Virus record (IMG/VR): IMGVR_UViG_3300037427_003924
Source: an uncultured virus (IMG/VR IMGVR_UViG_3300037427_003924)
Taxonomy: Duplodnaviria > Heunggongvirae > Uroviricota > Caudoviricetes
Direction: 5' to 3' (one strand)
DNA length: 64,000 nt
Both the position numbers and the translations under genes were made by a program. The notes below the pieces were generated by a model, which saw only the letters and a program-made list of their open reading frames with translations, was not told the origin of the DNA and did no database searches. Of this stretch, positions 29,101-38,223 are shown piece by piece (position 1 is the first letter of the stretch; every line of letters begins with the position of its first letter).

Positions 29101-32100
29101 CCATTAACATAAAGTTGAGCGTTGTTGTTATTGGTTGTTGCAGTATCATTAATGAGGACTTTGCCATCAGTTTTAAATCTAACTTTTTCGCTATCTTCAT
29201 GGACAAAAATAAAATCTGATGTGTTACCCGAAATAAATTTATTACCAATAAACCATTCAGCAGTGCTTGTCCTAAATTGTATTAAAGACATAGCCCCCGC
29301 CGTGGTACTGTTGTTCTGTAACCTTAATCCATTACCGCCCCAATTGCCACTGCTGCCACCGCTAAAACTAGTATCGTTATTAGTAAATCTAACGTCCAGA
29401 TCATAGTAAGGGACATCTGCTCCGATGCCCACTTTGCCTCCTTTCAAAAAAGAAGCCCCGTTAGGGTTAAGTTGAACATTGGTTGCGCCGCCACCTGACG
29501 TTCCTTCGCTTATCAATAATTGCTTGTCCGCCCCCGCTTTGTAAATGTGAACAGTATTAGCTACTGTAACTATAGATCCGTTATCCTGTATCGTAGAATC
29601 TCCTTGAGCACTTGTTCCAGTCCATTTGGAAATATAGTTTGTCGAACCCGTTCCAGTAACAGTTCCTCCGCCGGGAGCCGTGCCGTTAGATGCCGCAGTT
29701 AACCTGCCTTGAGCATTGACAGTTATTGCAGCGTAAGTGTAAGACCCGGGAGTAACTTCAGTATCCTTAAGAGCCGGAGCAGCATCACTACGCATGAAAG
29801 TCGTGGCTGTACCGTTAGTAGCCGCTCCAGAAATTACCGCGGTAGGGTTCGCGCCTACAGGAAGTGCGTTAGTTAGAAATTGACCCGTTGCTATTAGGTT
29901 CGTTACGTTGGTAGCGACACCAGCCGTGTTCGTATCGACAAACGCACCGGTTGCGATCAGGTTCGTCGTGTTACTGGCGATGTCCGTAGCGTTGGTAACG
30001 ATACCCGCCGCGTTCGTAGTTCCCGTTGACGCTATTAGATTCGTTAACGTTTGACCCGTTGTAATCAAGTCACCGCTTAACAAATCGATGACGTGACCGG
30101 TAGGATTTAAATCCGTATGAGCCTCGGCAATACCGGAAACGATAGCTATTTCGGAAGTCAAATACGTACCCGTTGCGACTAGGTTCGATGCGTTGGTCGC
30201 AATATTTGTTACATTAGTTGCGACACCAGCCGTGTTTGTATCGATAAACACGCCAGTGGCAATTAGGTTCGTCGTGTTACTGGCGATGTTAGTTGCGTTG
30301 GTAGCGACACCAGCCGTGTTCGTATCGACGAACACGCCAGTTGCGACTAGGTTCGCTGCGTTAGTAGCGACACCAGCCGTGTTCGTATCGACGAACACGC
30401 CAGTTGCGACTAGGTTCGCTGCGTTAGTAGCGACACCAGCCGTGTTCGTATCGACGAACACGCCAGTTGCGACTAGGTTCGCTGCGTTAGTAGCGACACC
30501 AGCCGTGTTCGTATCGACGAACACGCCAGTGGCAATTAGGTTCGTCGTGTTACTGGCGATGTTAGTTGCGTTGGTAGCGACACCAGCCGTGTTCGTATCG
30601 ACGAACACGCCAGTTGCGACTAGGTTCGCTGCGTTAGTAGCGACACCAGCCGTGTTCGTATCGACGAACACGCCAGTTGCGACTAGGTTCGCTGCGGTTG
30701 CGTAATAAGCTGCGTGCTGACCATCTAACAAATCAGCGTTAAGGTTGGTTACTACTGTATTACTAGTTACCTCTAATGGAGCAGTGCCCTGAGCCACGGT
30801 AGACTTGAGTACAGTAGCTGACGCTGTACCACCCACGGTAATAGCAGATGCAGTTTCCGTTATTATAGAGTCAGTTATAGCGCTTGTACCCGACCACTTC
30901 GTGATCTTCCCCGCGGTACCGGTTCCAGTTACAGTTCCACTTCCATTAGTTTCCCATGCAATTCCTCCTGCTCCGTCAGTCGTCAGAACCTGACCGTCAG
31001 TTCCGCTGCCTCCGTTGATTTTTAACTTCGCGCTCTTTATATCTACAACGCCATCAGACTGAATCCGCATCCATTCAGTAACAGCCGTTCCGTTATTAGT
31101 TGTTAAAAACGCTAGATACCCATTGACCGCAGTATCGCTATTAGACTGAACTCCACCCCGAACTTCAGAGTGAACTATATTAGCAGTACCATCGTTGTCT
31201 TTCCCCATGAATTGAAGGTATCCCAATGCTGCATCATCAGCGGGAGAAGCGTTGTTATTATATAGCTGTAATGCTAATGCATTGTCGGTTCGTTCAAATT
31301 TAATAGCGTCTCCAACGACATGGAGTTTCTGTGCTGGCGCAGTAGTACCGATGCCGACTTTACCGTCCGGGAGAAAAGTCACTCTATTCGCGTTATTTGC
31401 GTAATTGTAGATAGACAACTTGTCGGTTCCCGCGTAATCGTGAACAACAGCCCACTTGGCACTTCCATTTTGAGCAAAAGTAAGATAAGAATCCTTAGCT
31501 GCCCCTGCGTCAATTTTGACACTTGCGTCTGTTGCGTCTGAAGACTTGATGAGAACCTGTGGATTGCTCCCTTCAACGTGTAAAAGTTTTGATGGAACAG
31601 TAGTCCCAATGCCGACTTTGCCGTCTGCTTTAACCACGACTCTTGTTGTAGAATCTTCTATCAATTCAAGAATATTCCCAGAGCCGTCTTGGTCTACAAT
31701 TAATGCTGTCTGGTCATCGTCTGGGTGAGTTTGCCTCACTATCATTACCGGCAGCGAGGTAGAACTCGCTGGAAGATTTCTATAAAATTGAAAAGTGGCA
31801 TAACTATCGTAACCTAACCTCGCCCATGCTCCATCATGGGTAACATCCAACTTTGCAGCAGGCGCTGTAGTCCCGATGCCGACCTTATCTCCCGTAATAG
31901 TTATTCGAGATGCAAGAGAGCCATTATTTTGAGTATAAAGTTTTAAAGCGCCGCCTTCCGAACCACTTACTACTGAAGTAATTTCAGCTTCTATATCAGC
32001 ATAGATTACCTTATTTTCTTCAAACCCTGTATCGGTCCCATTATTTTTTCCTCTGAAACGTATAATACCTAAGTCGTCTGAATTTGCAGGACTAGGAGAG

Positions 32101-34664
32101 TTACGGTAGAGAACCAAATCCGGGGCGTCAGCGGCATTCGTAGCGGTAGACTCTACTAATAAAGAATCCCCTGCAGTGGTACCAGCGTAAACATGTAACT
32201 CCGCTTGAGGGGAAGCCGTAGAGATTCCTACTTTTAGCGCGTTATCATAGATAATCCCCGAAGTTAAAGTATCTTTATCAGACCAACGAGCTACATAATT
32301 AGCGACTCCTGAACCATCAATTGCGCCTGTAGTTACTAAACCAGAAACAATAGCTATTTCGTCAGTAAGGTATTGACCAGTTTGTATAAGGTTTCCACTA
32401 ATATCATCAACTATCGCTCCAGTAGCGATAAGATTAGTACTAACAGTATTAATGCTAGTTGTTAAAGTTTGCCCCGTCGTAATTAAATTGCCGCTTATAT
32501 CATCTACGATAGCGCCCGTAGCAACTAAATTAGTAGAAACGGTATTGATATTAGTCGTTAACGTTTGCCCCGTCGTGATTAAGTTGCCGCTAATGTCGTC
32601 AATTATCGCCCCAGTTAAGATTAGATTATTGGTTAATGTTTGGCCCGTGGTTATGAGATTACCGCTAATGTCATCTACAATCGCTCCAGTAGCTATAAGA
32701 TTAGATGTGTTGCTTGTAATTTGAGTCTGTAAAGTTTGACCGGTTGTGATCAAGTTTCCACTTACGTCGTCTACGATAGCACCCGTAGCAATCAAATTCG
32801 TGGCGACTGTATTAATATTAGTCGTTAACGTCTGGCCCGTTGTAATTAAATTACCGCTTACGTCATCAAGAATCGCTCCTGTAGCAATTAAGGCACCGCT
32901 TAGAGCTGCAAAATCTTCAGCAGAGCCTCCTGTCGCCAATCCAGAAACTATAGCTATCTCATCGGTAAGGTATTGACCAGTTTGGATAAGGTTCGATGCA
33001 TTAGTAGCGATGTTTGTCACGTTGGCGGCTATACCAACCGTGTTTGTATCCACGAAGACACCAGTTGCAATTAAGCTAGTTGTTAATGTCTGCCCTGTCG
33101 TAATTAAGTTTCCACTTACATCATCAACTATCGCACCCGTAGCAATTAGGTTACCGCTAATAGCGTCAACTATCGCTCCTGTTGCGACTAGATTTCCACT
33201 TAACCCATCGAAATCTCCTGAAGCTGCCCAAACGGGACCATTATCATTACTAGTAAGAACGTAGCCCTTGTCGCCAGTAGAGTTGGTTTGATCATAAAGC
33301 TTTCCACTAATTATTGCGCTTCCATTTACGTGAAGATCGTGGTAAGCAGTAGCAGTCCCAAGCCCTACATTGCCATCAGCATTAAAATACGCATCGGTTC
33401 CTATTTTTGTTGTTTTGTAACCGGGAGCGTCCCTGTCGTAGGAGTAAAGATACCCTATTTCTGTCCCGGTGTTATAAAGCATTTCAATCCCCACCCCCGC
33501 ACTAACGGAAGTGGCGTGTGTGGAACGTATTACTCCGCTAGCTTCAAGTAGAGATGTAGGATTAGTTGTACCTACTCCGACATTACCGCCTTGCGCGACA
33601 ACCATTCTAACATCAGAATTAGTTTTAAACTGTAGATTATCAGTAGAGTTTTCGTTATAGACAACCCATTTTCTGATAGCGCCTTCTGCCCATTCATAAC
33701 CGGCATTAGAATCAGCCCCAGCAGTAACTCTAATTCTGGGTTCTGACGCAGCGTAAACTTCTAAATTTTTTGCTGGCGTAGTAGTCCCGATACCGACATA
33801 ACCATTGTTAAATAGAAAATGATTGTAAGGAAATACCCCTGCGTTAACCCTTTTAAATTCTACTCCCGAAGCCCCATCATTCTGAGCTGCGAAAAAAGTG
33901 CCTACCGCATTTGGCCCTACAACCTGCAATTTTGCCCCCGGATTATTAGTCCCGATGCCGACAGCGCCCGCTTGATTAATTGAAACATTAGCGGCTCCTG
34001 CACTGGTGAAAGTTAATGTGTCAGCCGTACCACCTCCAACTTGAGTATCGTTTTTAATTCGCCATTTCGTCGCACCTGCCGCTTCCAATCTCAATGTAGC
34101 GTCAGTAGTGGCGCTGGAAGAATTTAATGTAGCGTCGCCATAAACCTCCAAAAGATATTGAGGGTTATCCGTCCCTATTCCTACATCACCATTATCAAAA
34201 ATAGTTCCCGAAGTTAAAGTATCTTCGTCAGACCAACGAGCTACATAGTTTGCAACGCCGGAACCTCCTACACCCGAGAGAACTGATTCAATACTTTTCC
34301 AATTAACACCAGTTTGCCCTTCGTTAGTTAGAACCATTCCTCCTTCGCCGAGGGTATTATTCGAATCGTAAATATTTCCGGAGATACCTAACTTGTTAAC
34401 ATTGAGACGGTTACCGTCTGTGAAAGTTAAATTAGCACTGCCCCCAAACGAACTAGAACTATTAAACTGAACAGAATTTAAAGGAGTAGCTGGATTTGTG
34501 CCTCCACCCCCTCCTCCTGCCAACTCCTCCCATGATCCATTCCTTAAAACTTTTTGGGCGAGGTCGCCCGTGTTGATAAGATACGCGCCGTCGAGTACTC
34601 CCGTAGGCTCAGCATCGCTACCACCTATTACAAATCTATCTCCTGCGTATCTTGTTACTGCCAT
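26130..34664 (-). CDS. Giant tail fibre, 2844 aa, with C-terminal peptidase S74-type intramolecular chaperone
   Basis: C-terminal SSITLKENV...IRPVKY...IGLIAEE...FPELV...VNY...KEL; VGIGT modules; coiled-coil repeats. Confidence 0.88.
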   Translation of the reverse strand: MAVTRYAGDRFVIGGSDAEPTGVLDGAYLINTGDLAQKVLRNGSWEELAGGGGGGTNPATPLNSVQFNSSSSFGGSANLTFTDGNRLNVNKLGISGNIYDSNNTLGEGGMVLTNEGQTGVNWKSIESVLSGVGGSGVANYVARWSDEDTLTSGTIFDNGDVGIGTDNPQYLLEVYGDATLNSSSATTDATLRLEAAGATKWRIKNDTQVGGGTADTLTFTSAGAANVSINQAGAVGIGTNNPGAKLQVVGPNAVGTFFAAQNDGASGVEFKRVNAGVFPYNHFLFNNGYVGIGTTTPAKNLEVYAASEPRIRVTAGADSNAGYEWAEGAIRKWVVYNENSTDNLQFKTNSDVRMVVAQGGNVGVGTTNPTSLLEASGVIRSTHATSVSAGVGIEMLYNTGTEIGYLYSYDRDAPGYKTTKIGTDAYFNADGNVGLGTATAYHDLHVNGSAIISGKLYDQTNSTGDKGYVLTSNDNGPVWAASGDFDGLSGNLVATGAIVDAISGNLIATGAIVDDVSGNLITTGQTLTTSLIATGVFVDTNTVGIAANVTNIATNASNLIQTGQYLTDEIAIVSGLATGGSAEDFAALSGALIATGAILDDVSGNLITTGQTLTTNINTVATNLIATGAIVDDVSGNLITTGQTLQTQITSNTSNLIATGAIVDDISGNLITTGQTLTNNLILTGAIIDDISGNLITTGQTLTTNINTVSTNLVATGAIVDDISGNLITTGQTLTTSINTVSTNLIATGAIVDDISGNLIQTGQYLTDEIAIVSGLVTTGAIDGSGVANYVARWSDKDTLTSGIIYDNALKVGISTASPQAELHVYAGTTAGDSLLVESTATNAADAPDLVLYRNSPSPANSDDLGIIRFRGKNNGTDTGFEENKVIYADIEAEITSVVSGSEGGALKLYTQNNGSLASRITITGDKVGIGTTAPAAKLDVTHDGAWARLGYDSYATFQFYRNLPASSTSLPVMIVRQTHPDDDQTALIVDQDGSGNILELIEDSTTRVVVKADGKVGIGTTVPSKLLHVEGSNPQVLIKSSDATDASVKIDAGAAKDSYLTFAQNGSAKWAVVHDYAGTDKLSIYNYANNANRVTFLPDGKVGIGTTAPAQKLHVVGDAIKFERTDNALALQLYNNNASPADDAALGYLQFMGKDNDGTANIVHSEVRGGVQSNSDTAVNGYLAFLTTNNGTAVTEWMRIQSDGVVDIKSAKLKINGGSGTDGQVLTTDGAGGIAWETNGSGTVTGTGTAGKITKWSGTSAITDSIITETASAITVGGTASATVLKSTVAQGTAPLEVTSNTVVTNLNADLLDGQHAAYYATAANLVATGVFVDTNTAGVATNAANLVATGVFVDTNTAGVATNATNIASNTTNLIATGVFVDTNTAGVATNAANLVATGVFVDTNTAGVATNAANLVATGVFVDTNTAGVATNAANLVATGVFVDTNTAGVATNATNIASNTTNLIATGVFIDTNTAGVATNVTNIATNASNLVATGTYLTSEIAIVSGIAEAHTDLNPTGHVIDLLSGDLITTGQTLTNLIASTGTTNAAGIVTNATDIASNTTNLIATGAFVDTNTAGVATNVTNLIATGQFLTNALPVGANPTAVISGAATNGTATTFMRSDAAPALKDTEVTPGSYTYAAITVNAQGRLTAASNGTAPGGGTVTGTGSTNYISKWTGTSAQGDSTIQDNGSIVTVANTVHIYKAGADKQLLISEGTSGGGATNVQLNPNGASFLKGGKVGIGADVPYYDLDVRFTNNDTSFSGGSSGNWGGNGLRLQNNSTTAGAMSLIQFRTSTAEWFIGNKFISGNTSDFIFVHEDSEKVRFKTDGKVLINDTATTNNNNAQLYVNGPVYGSEFDLPSGGALDWANGDARIVEGLVSNYSLSLQNYNGVSAMVTTMFLKSDGNVGIGTTVPSAKLHIESDGSHDEGAEIFLKHANNNSTDIVSTILFGNNAGGVAMIQSGTTGANNTGYISFFTDNAGTSSEKVRIIGDGNVGIGAVAPGAKLEVAGGNIRLANDQYVEWGGTKAKIGGSNTGDYVFFSTDNTDRMRIISNGNVGIGINAPGYKLEVTGSQTGDWISRIHNTATTSTPSGLIVKTDYSSTTATGGYVLGCVAGSDYRFVVLNDGNVGVGALTPNAKFEVQGTNRSTAFSASNGATWHDTIIANPNSTAGSAVGIFLQTSGYHSNGGTGIAAIDAGGDYSAHLVFITRPNGAVAEERMRITDDGKVGIGTTDPGQLLEVGNDGNSDYALIGPTKIGGGMGHGDYAGFSHRSMGGTSNYCLLQYSDGNTYLNAASGKTVHLRVNNSNILKVAGSLATFDVGALFNGYIELDAGLKDKDGSFGTNGYVLTTDGSGDVTWAASPGAGSVDGTGTAGKMTKWSDTDTVTDSSFLSESGTTLTNTATLTNFSTSSATITLSNYGRLGVGTNSASSPFISYLGNDSTWGGDNALIRAYNAGNRGAKGHASGSNLFRADFSDGCGMIIDKDGGVGIGTDEPSSELQINGSHTAVDENAPYGTNSVHINLKNTSDTDGNLAGVLFEGAVSAAYMGGMYMEMENHSSFYSKLHFATRNGASSFGSKMTLDKAGNVGIGTTTPATKLEVKSGNIRLTDAYVIEWGGTKARIGGSNSGDFLKFYTDDTVRMYVKTDGNVGIGTTNPSRLLHVNGGSDYNARFTSASTRSGIVIDKPGTTTIMGSALVLADETFKLGTASYYHVIMTQAGVTSLLYQGSTKIATTSAGVTVTGTLTETSSITLKENVETYTPSLDIINKIRPVKYNRKTNKDKKEIGLIAEELAELFPELVEKDEKGNPSSVNYSRAVTVLLGGFKELYKEIEELKKRI
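30190..30697 (-). repeat. Near-identical 63/84-nt in-frame tandem repeats
   Basis: Units AANLVATGVFVDTNTAGVATN (21 aa), some extended by 7 aa; several are identical at DNA level. Confidence 0.92.
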
Positions 34665-34666
34665 AA

Positions 34667-35722
34667 TTATGAAAAACTAAACGTGAAACCATAAAAGGCT
34701 CCACTATTGTATTCCACATCATAAGTTGATGCTTTAATTCTTATCTCGTAGTCACCCGCTGCCAAATTGCTTTGGGTAAAGGTTCCTATTCCATTTGTTG
34801 TTACGTATCCTCCATAAATACGATTTCCTTGATCTATCCAATTGCTAGAATCTCCTCGAGGTTCTCCTTTTGGACTGACGGTAGTATTAGCTATGGTTGA
34901 GCTTCCCGCGCTATAAAGTTTTACTTGTTGCATGTCGATGTTGTACCCTAGGTCAAAACCCCCTAGGTCAGGTGGGTCTTTTAGGTCGTCATTACTTAGG
35001 AGCCTGTCGTCCATCGGGGCTCGGCCGGAACACACCACGGTATCAGTAGAAGAGTTATATAGAGATAGAACCATGGAATTAGAGAAAATTGATTTGTCCC
35101 CCGGTTCGTTTACATAAATTTGCTCAGGGATTTGAGCACTTGCCGCCGGGTTAAACGCATAAGAAGTATCGCTCCCCAAACCTGATACTTTTATTGTAAG
35201 AGTAGAAGTAGTGCCTAAAGTAAAACTTCCTGTAGCTTCTCCGCTCTGAATGAATTTATTAAAGGTTTTATTTGAGAAAGCTGTTCCGTAATTTTCCTCA
35301 TCATCGAGATATCCACTAGCGTAAGCTGTTGTAAAGTCACTTTCGTTTTCGATGGATAATTCCAGTCCATTTCCCCCTACTGTCCATGGCTCCAAATTAT
35401 GCCACGAAGATAGATCTACATTTTCTTCAGCTAAATTTTCCCCCCCTTGAAGAAACCATCCATAGTATGCGTAAGCCGAGTCCGCTTTCTTTCTCGAATA
35501 ATCTTGGTCATCGTACAAGCTATAATACTCATCGATAGCGTCTATAGATGGAATATAAACCCCAAAAGGAAAATTAGAACTTTGTTTTAATGCAAAACTT
35601 GTTTGGTAGGCGCTTCCGTTCCCATAACTCCACCACGTCCCCGTCTCCCAATTAATAGCAGTTCCTATTCCCACGGAAGTAGGGCGTTTGGTCTTCCAGA
35701 AAGCTGTAGGAAAAGTAGGCAT
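34667..35722 (-). CDS. Putative virion structural protein
   Basis: 351 aa in tail operon. Confidence 0.6.
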   Translation of the reverse strand: MPTFPTAFWKTKRPTSVGIGTAINWETGTWWSYGNGSAYQTSFALKQSSNFPFGVYIPSIDAIDEYYSLYDDQDYSRKKADSAYAYYGWFLQGGENLAEENVDLSSWHNLEPWTVGGNGLELSIENESDFTTAYASGYLDDEENYGTAFSNKTFNKFIQSGEATGSFTLGTTSTLTIKVSGLGSDTSYAFNPAASAQIPEQIYVNEPGDKSIFSNSMVLSLYNSSTDTVVCSGRAPMDDRLLSNDDLKDPPDLGGFDLGYNIDMQQVKLYSAGSSTIANTTVSPKGEPRGDSSNWIDQGNRIYGGYVTTNGIGTFTQSNLAAGDYEIRIKASTYDVEYNSGAFYGFTFSFS

Positions 35723-36771
35723 TAATATACATAACCGGTTATGGCGGATGCAAAAATTCGTTGGTTTATGTTTACAAACGTGTATACGTTAGTCTTGCCT
35801 CCTTTTATCACTGGATCGACACCATCGTCACCCCCCCACCGCACAAGATTATCTACTCCTAGCCCTGATCTAAAAGTAGGAGTTAGATCTCCTCCTGAAG
35901 AATTTGTTACGTATAAGGTTAGAGTCTGCCCACCTAGCGAATTGTAAAAATCTACATTTTCGATATTACTAGAGGATCGATATTGAACATTTGAATCGGC
36001 CCAATCTACTTGATAAAGACTCCCACCAGCTACGTCAAATTGATAAGGGACGCTCCGGAAAGCTCCTTTTATCGATACAGCTGCATTAGCGTCGACGATA
36101 CCTACCGATGGGTATCCTACACCTTCTATTTCACTAACCTTTAATTTGTAACTAGGGTCCACTTCTAAATTCCCCCCTGTCACCCTGACTTCTCCTTCTA
36201 AAGGAGTATTAATGCCCCCATCGTTAAGAGCGATGCCTTGACCCTTTAGGATTATATTATGGCCACCGGAAACGATTAAGTCATTTTCCGCTTTAACTGT
36301 CAGATTAGTGGTGCCTGCATTTTTAATAAAAGTGTCGCTAGTGCTAGTTCCATCAAAGTAAATAATATTAGCGTTAATAATATCATATTGACTCATGTCT
36401 AGATGCGTCGTTGCGACACAATCCCCCATATCATCGCCGATAGCGGGTACTGAAATTCCACTCCCGGTAACAAGTCTTCCGCCATTATTTAAATCTACCT
36501 GAAGATAAGGAAAATTTGAAGTGTTGGAGCCAGCCTTAGTCCAAGAAGAAAAACCTTGCGAGTCTACATTATTGAAGAAATAGTTTTTACCATATCCTGA
36601 AACTTGAGTAGCTGTAATGGGGTTGAGAACATACTCAGAAACCTGCTCTGGTTGAGATTTAACTGTCGTGTAGTTTCCCCCTCCTAAGCTTTCCGCGGTC
36701 ACAAAATAATCATCAGGGCCGATCCCTGCCGTGCCCATGCTAGTTAATTGAGATATCTTTTTATTCGCCAT
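35722..36771 (-). CDS. Putative tail protein
   Basis: MANKKISQL N-terminus typical of phage tail/fibre proteins. Confidence 0.6.
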   Translation of the reverse strand: MANKKISQLTSMGTAGIGPDDYFVTAESLGGGNYTTVKSQPEQVSEYVLNPITATQVSGYGKNYFFNNVDSQGFSSWTKAGSNTSNFPYLQVDLNNGGRLVTGSGISVPAIGDDMGDCVATTHLDMSQYDIINANIIYFDGTSTSDTFIKNAGTTNLTVKAENDLIVSGGHNIILKGQGIALNDGGINTPLEGEVRVTGGNLEVDPSYKLKVSEIEGVGYPSVGIVDANAAVSIKGAFRSVPYQFDVAGGSLYQVDWADSNVQYRSSSNIENVDFYNSLGGQTLTLYVTNSSGGDLTPTFRSGLGVDNLVRWGGDDGVDPVIKGGKTNVYTFVNINQRIFASAITGYVY

Positions 36772-36804
36772 TTTTCCTTAAACCTTATTATAATATACAC
36801 TCTT

Positions 36805-38223
36805 TTAGTAAGGGGGTACCAGATTTGTCACTAATAAGTCATTAGTTTCTTGCTGTAAATAAAAACCATCATCTGTTCCGTTTTCTAAAAGTATGAAATC
36901 TTCCACTTTTTCTGCCCCAAGAACGCCACTTATAAAAAGTCCGTTAGTTCTATCGTCGGGATTTAGCTCGACACTAAAAGAAGCATCAAAAACTTTATTT
37001 TCCCCAATACTTGACGTATAACCAAAATTCTCCAATTTAGCCCCAACGACGCTGTAACGTAAGGCCTCATCTCCTCTTTCTATAGGGATAGCTCCCGCGT
37101 TAATGGGGGCAGTAGTATCTCCACTGCAACGAGTGGGGTTGACTTTTATAGTAAAATCATAACCACTATTGATCTCTACTAAGTCTACCAAAGATCCGCT
37201 ATTTCCCGATTCAACAATTCCCTGTATGGAAAGATTAGCTAATATAGAATCGTCTGGTCGGTTGTCTACAGGAAACCTATATCCCATATTAGGCAACGGT
37301 TGCTTATTTAAATTGATATCAATATTGTAGCTCTGGATATGAAGCTTATCGAAATCCACCCCTAACCCCGAAAAGGAATCAGTAGTAATTGAAATATCCC
37401 CCGGTTTAAGAGCTGGATAGCCTTCGTTAGCTAAAACCCGAGGAATAACTACATCGTTAGTGTCAAAAGGAGTTCCGAATTTTGTATCGATGTCGGGGGC
37501 CTTGAAACCGCTTCCGCTCATATTAAAATCTACATTGTAAGCAGTGTAAGAAGCTGATGCTGAAGCTAGCTGACCTACTGAGCCTTGAGTGGAGTAAGAT
37601 TGTAGGTAGCAATTTCCAAAACCTATTACGTGATAATCAGGGGCGTTAGGATCTATCCCTTGATGAACATCTGCTTCGGCAAAATTTTCTTTAAAGTAAG
37701 GTTTATCTAAGTCGGTCCCTTCTTGATTGACCGCTACATAAAAGTTTCTGCAGTCGCGGTATTGATTAACTGCAAAAGTAGCACCGGGCCTTAATATCTT
37801 ACGATTCTTGTCTTCTTCATAAAATCCAGATAATAATGAAACATTTAAATTATCACTATAGTAAGGCGCTCCATTAAAATTAAACTCAAACTGCGGATAG
37901 TTGACATTAAAACCTAGGCGGGCTTCATTTTTGGTTCCGCACAACAAATAGTTGAAATTTAAACTAACTGTAGGGTAATTGACTATAGGTCTGTCGACTA
38001 TCCCTCTTTTGTTTATTTGGGTGATGTTAGTATGAGGTACGTTAATAGAATAGCTTACCGACTGTACTCTATCTATAGAATGAAGAAGGTTTAGTTGTTG
38101 GTAGAGATTAGAGTGATCGTTAGTTGGTGCCCCTCCGGTATAAGCTATAAAATTATAACCAGTCTCCGGTGCAGGTCCTACGAATAAGCCCTGACAGTTG
38201 TAAATTACATTTGGCCTCGCCAT
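36805..38223 (-). CDS. Putative tail tube-like structural protein
   Basis: 472 aa, beta-rich (RVQSVSYSINVP; HIQSYNIDINL), downstream of portal. Confidence 0.45.
   Translation of the reverse strand: MARPNVIYNCQGLFVGPAPETGYNFIAYTGGAPTNDHSNLYQQLNLLHSIDRVQSVSYSINVPHTNITQINKRGIVDRPIVNYPTVSLNFNYLLCGTKNEARLGFNVNYPQFEFNFNGAPYYSDNLNVSLLSGFYEEDKNRKILRPGATFAVNQYRDCRNFYVAVNQEGTDLDKPYFKENFAEADVHQGIDPNAPDYHVIGFGNCYLQSYSTQGSVGQLASASASYTAYNVDFNMSGSGFKAPDIDTKFGTPFDTNDVVIPRVLANEGYPALKPGDISITTDSFSGLGVDFDKLHIQSYNIDINLNKQPLPNMGYRFPVDNRPDDSILANLSIQGIVESGNSGSLVDLVEINSGYDFTIKVNPTRCSGDTTAPINAGAIPIERGDEALRYSVVGAKLENFGYTSSIGENKVFDASFSVELNPDDRTNGLFISGVLGAEKVEDFILLENGTDDGFYLQQETNDLLVTNLVPPY

Noticed and set aside
1..34664. 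Diversity-generating retroelement or invertase acting on fibres
   Set aside because: No reverse transcriptase or recombinase in the window, and no adenine-specific repeat pair noticed.
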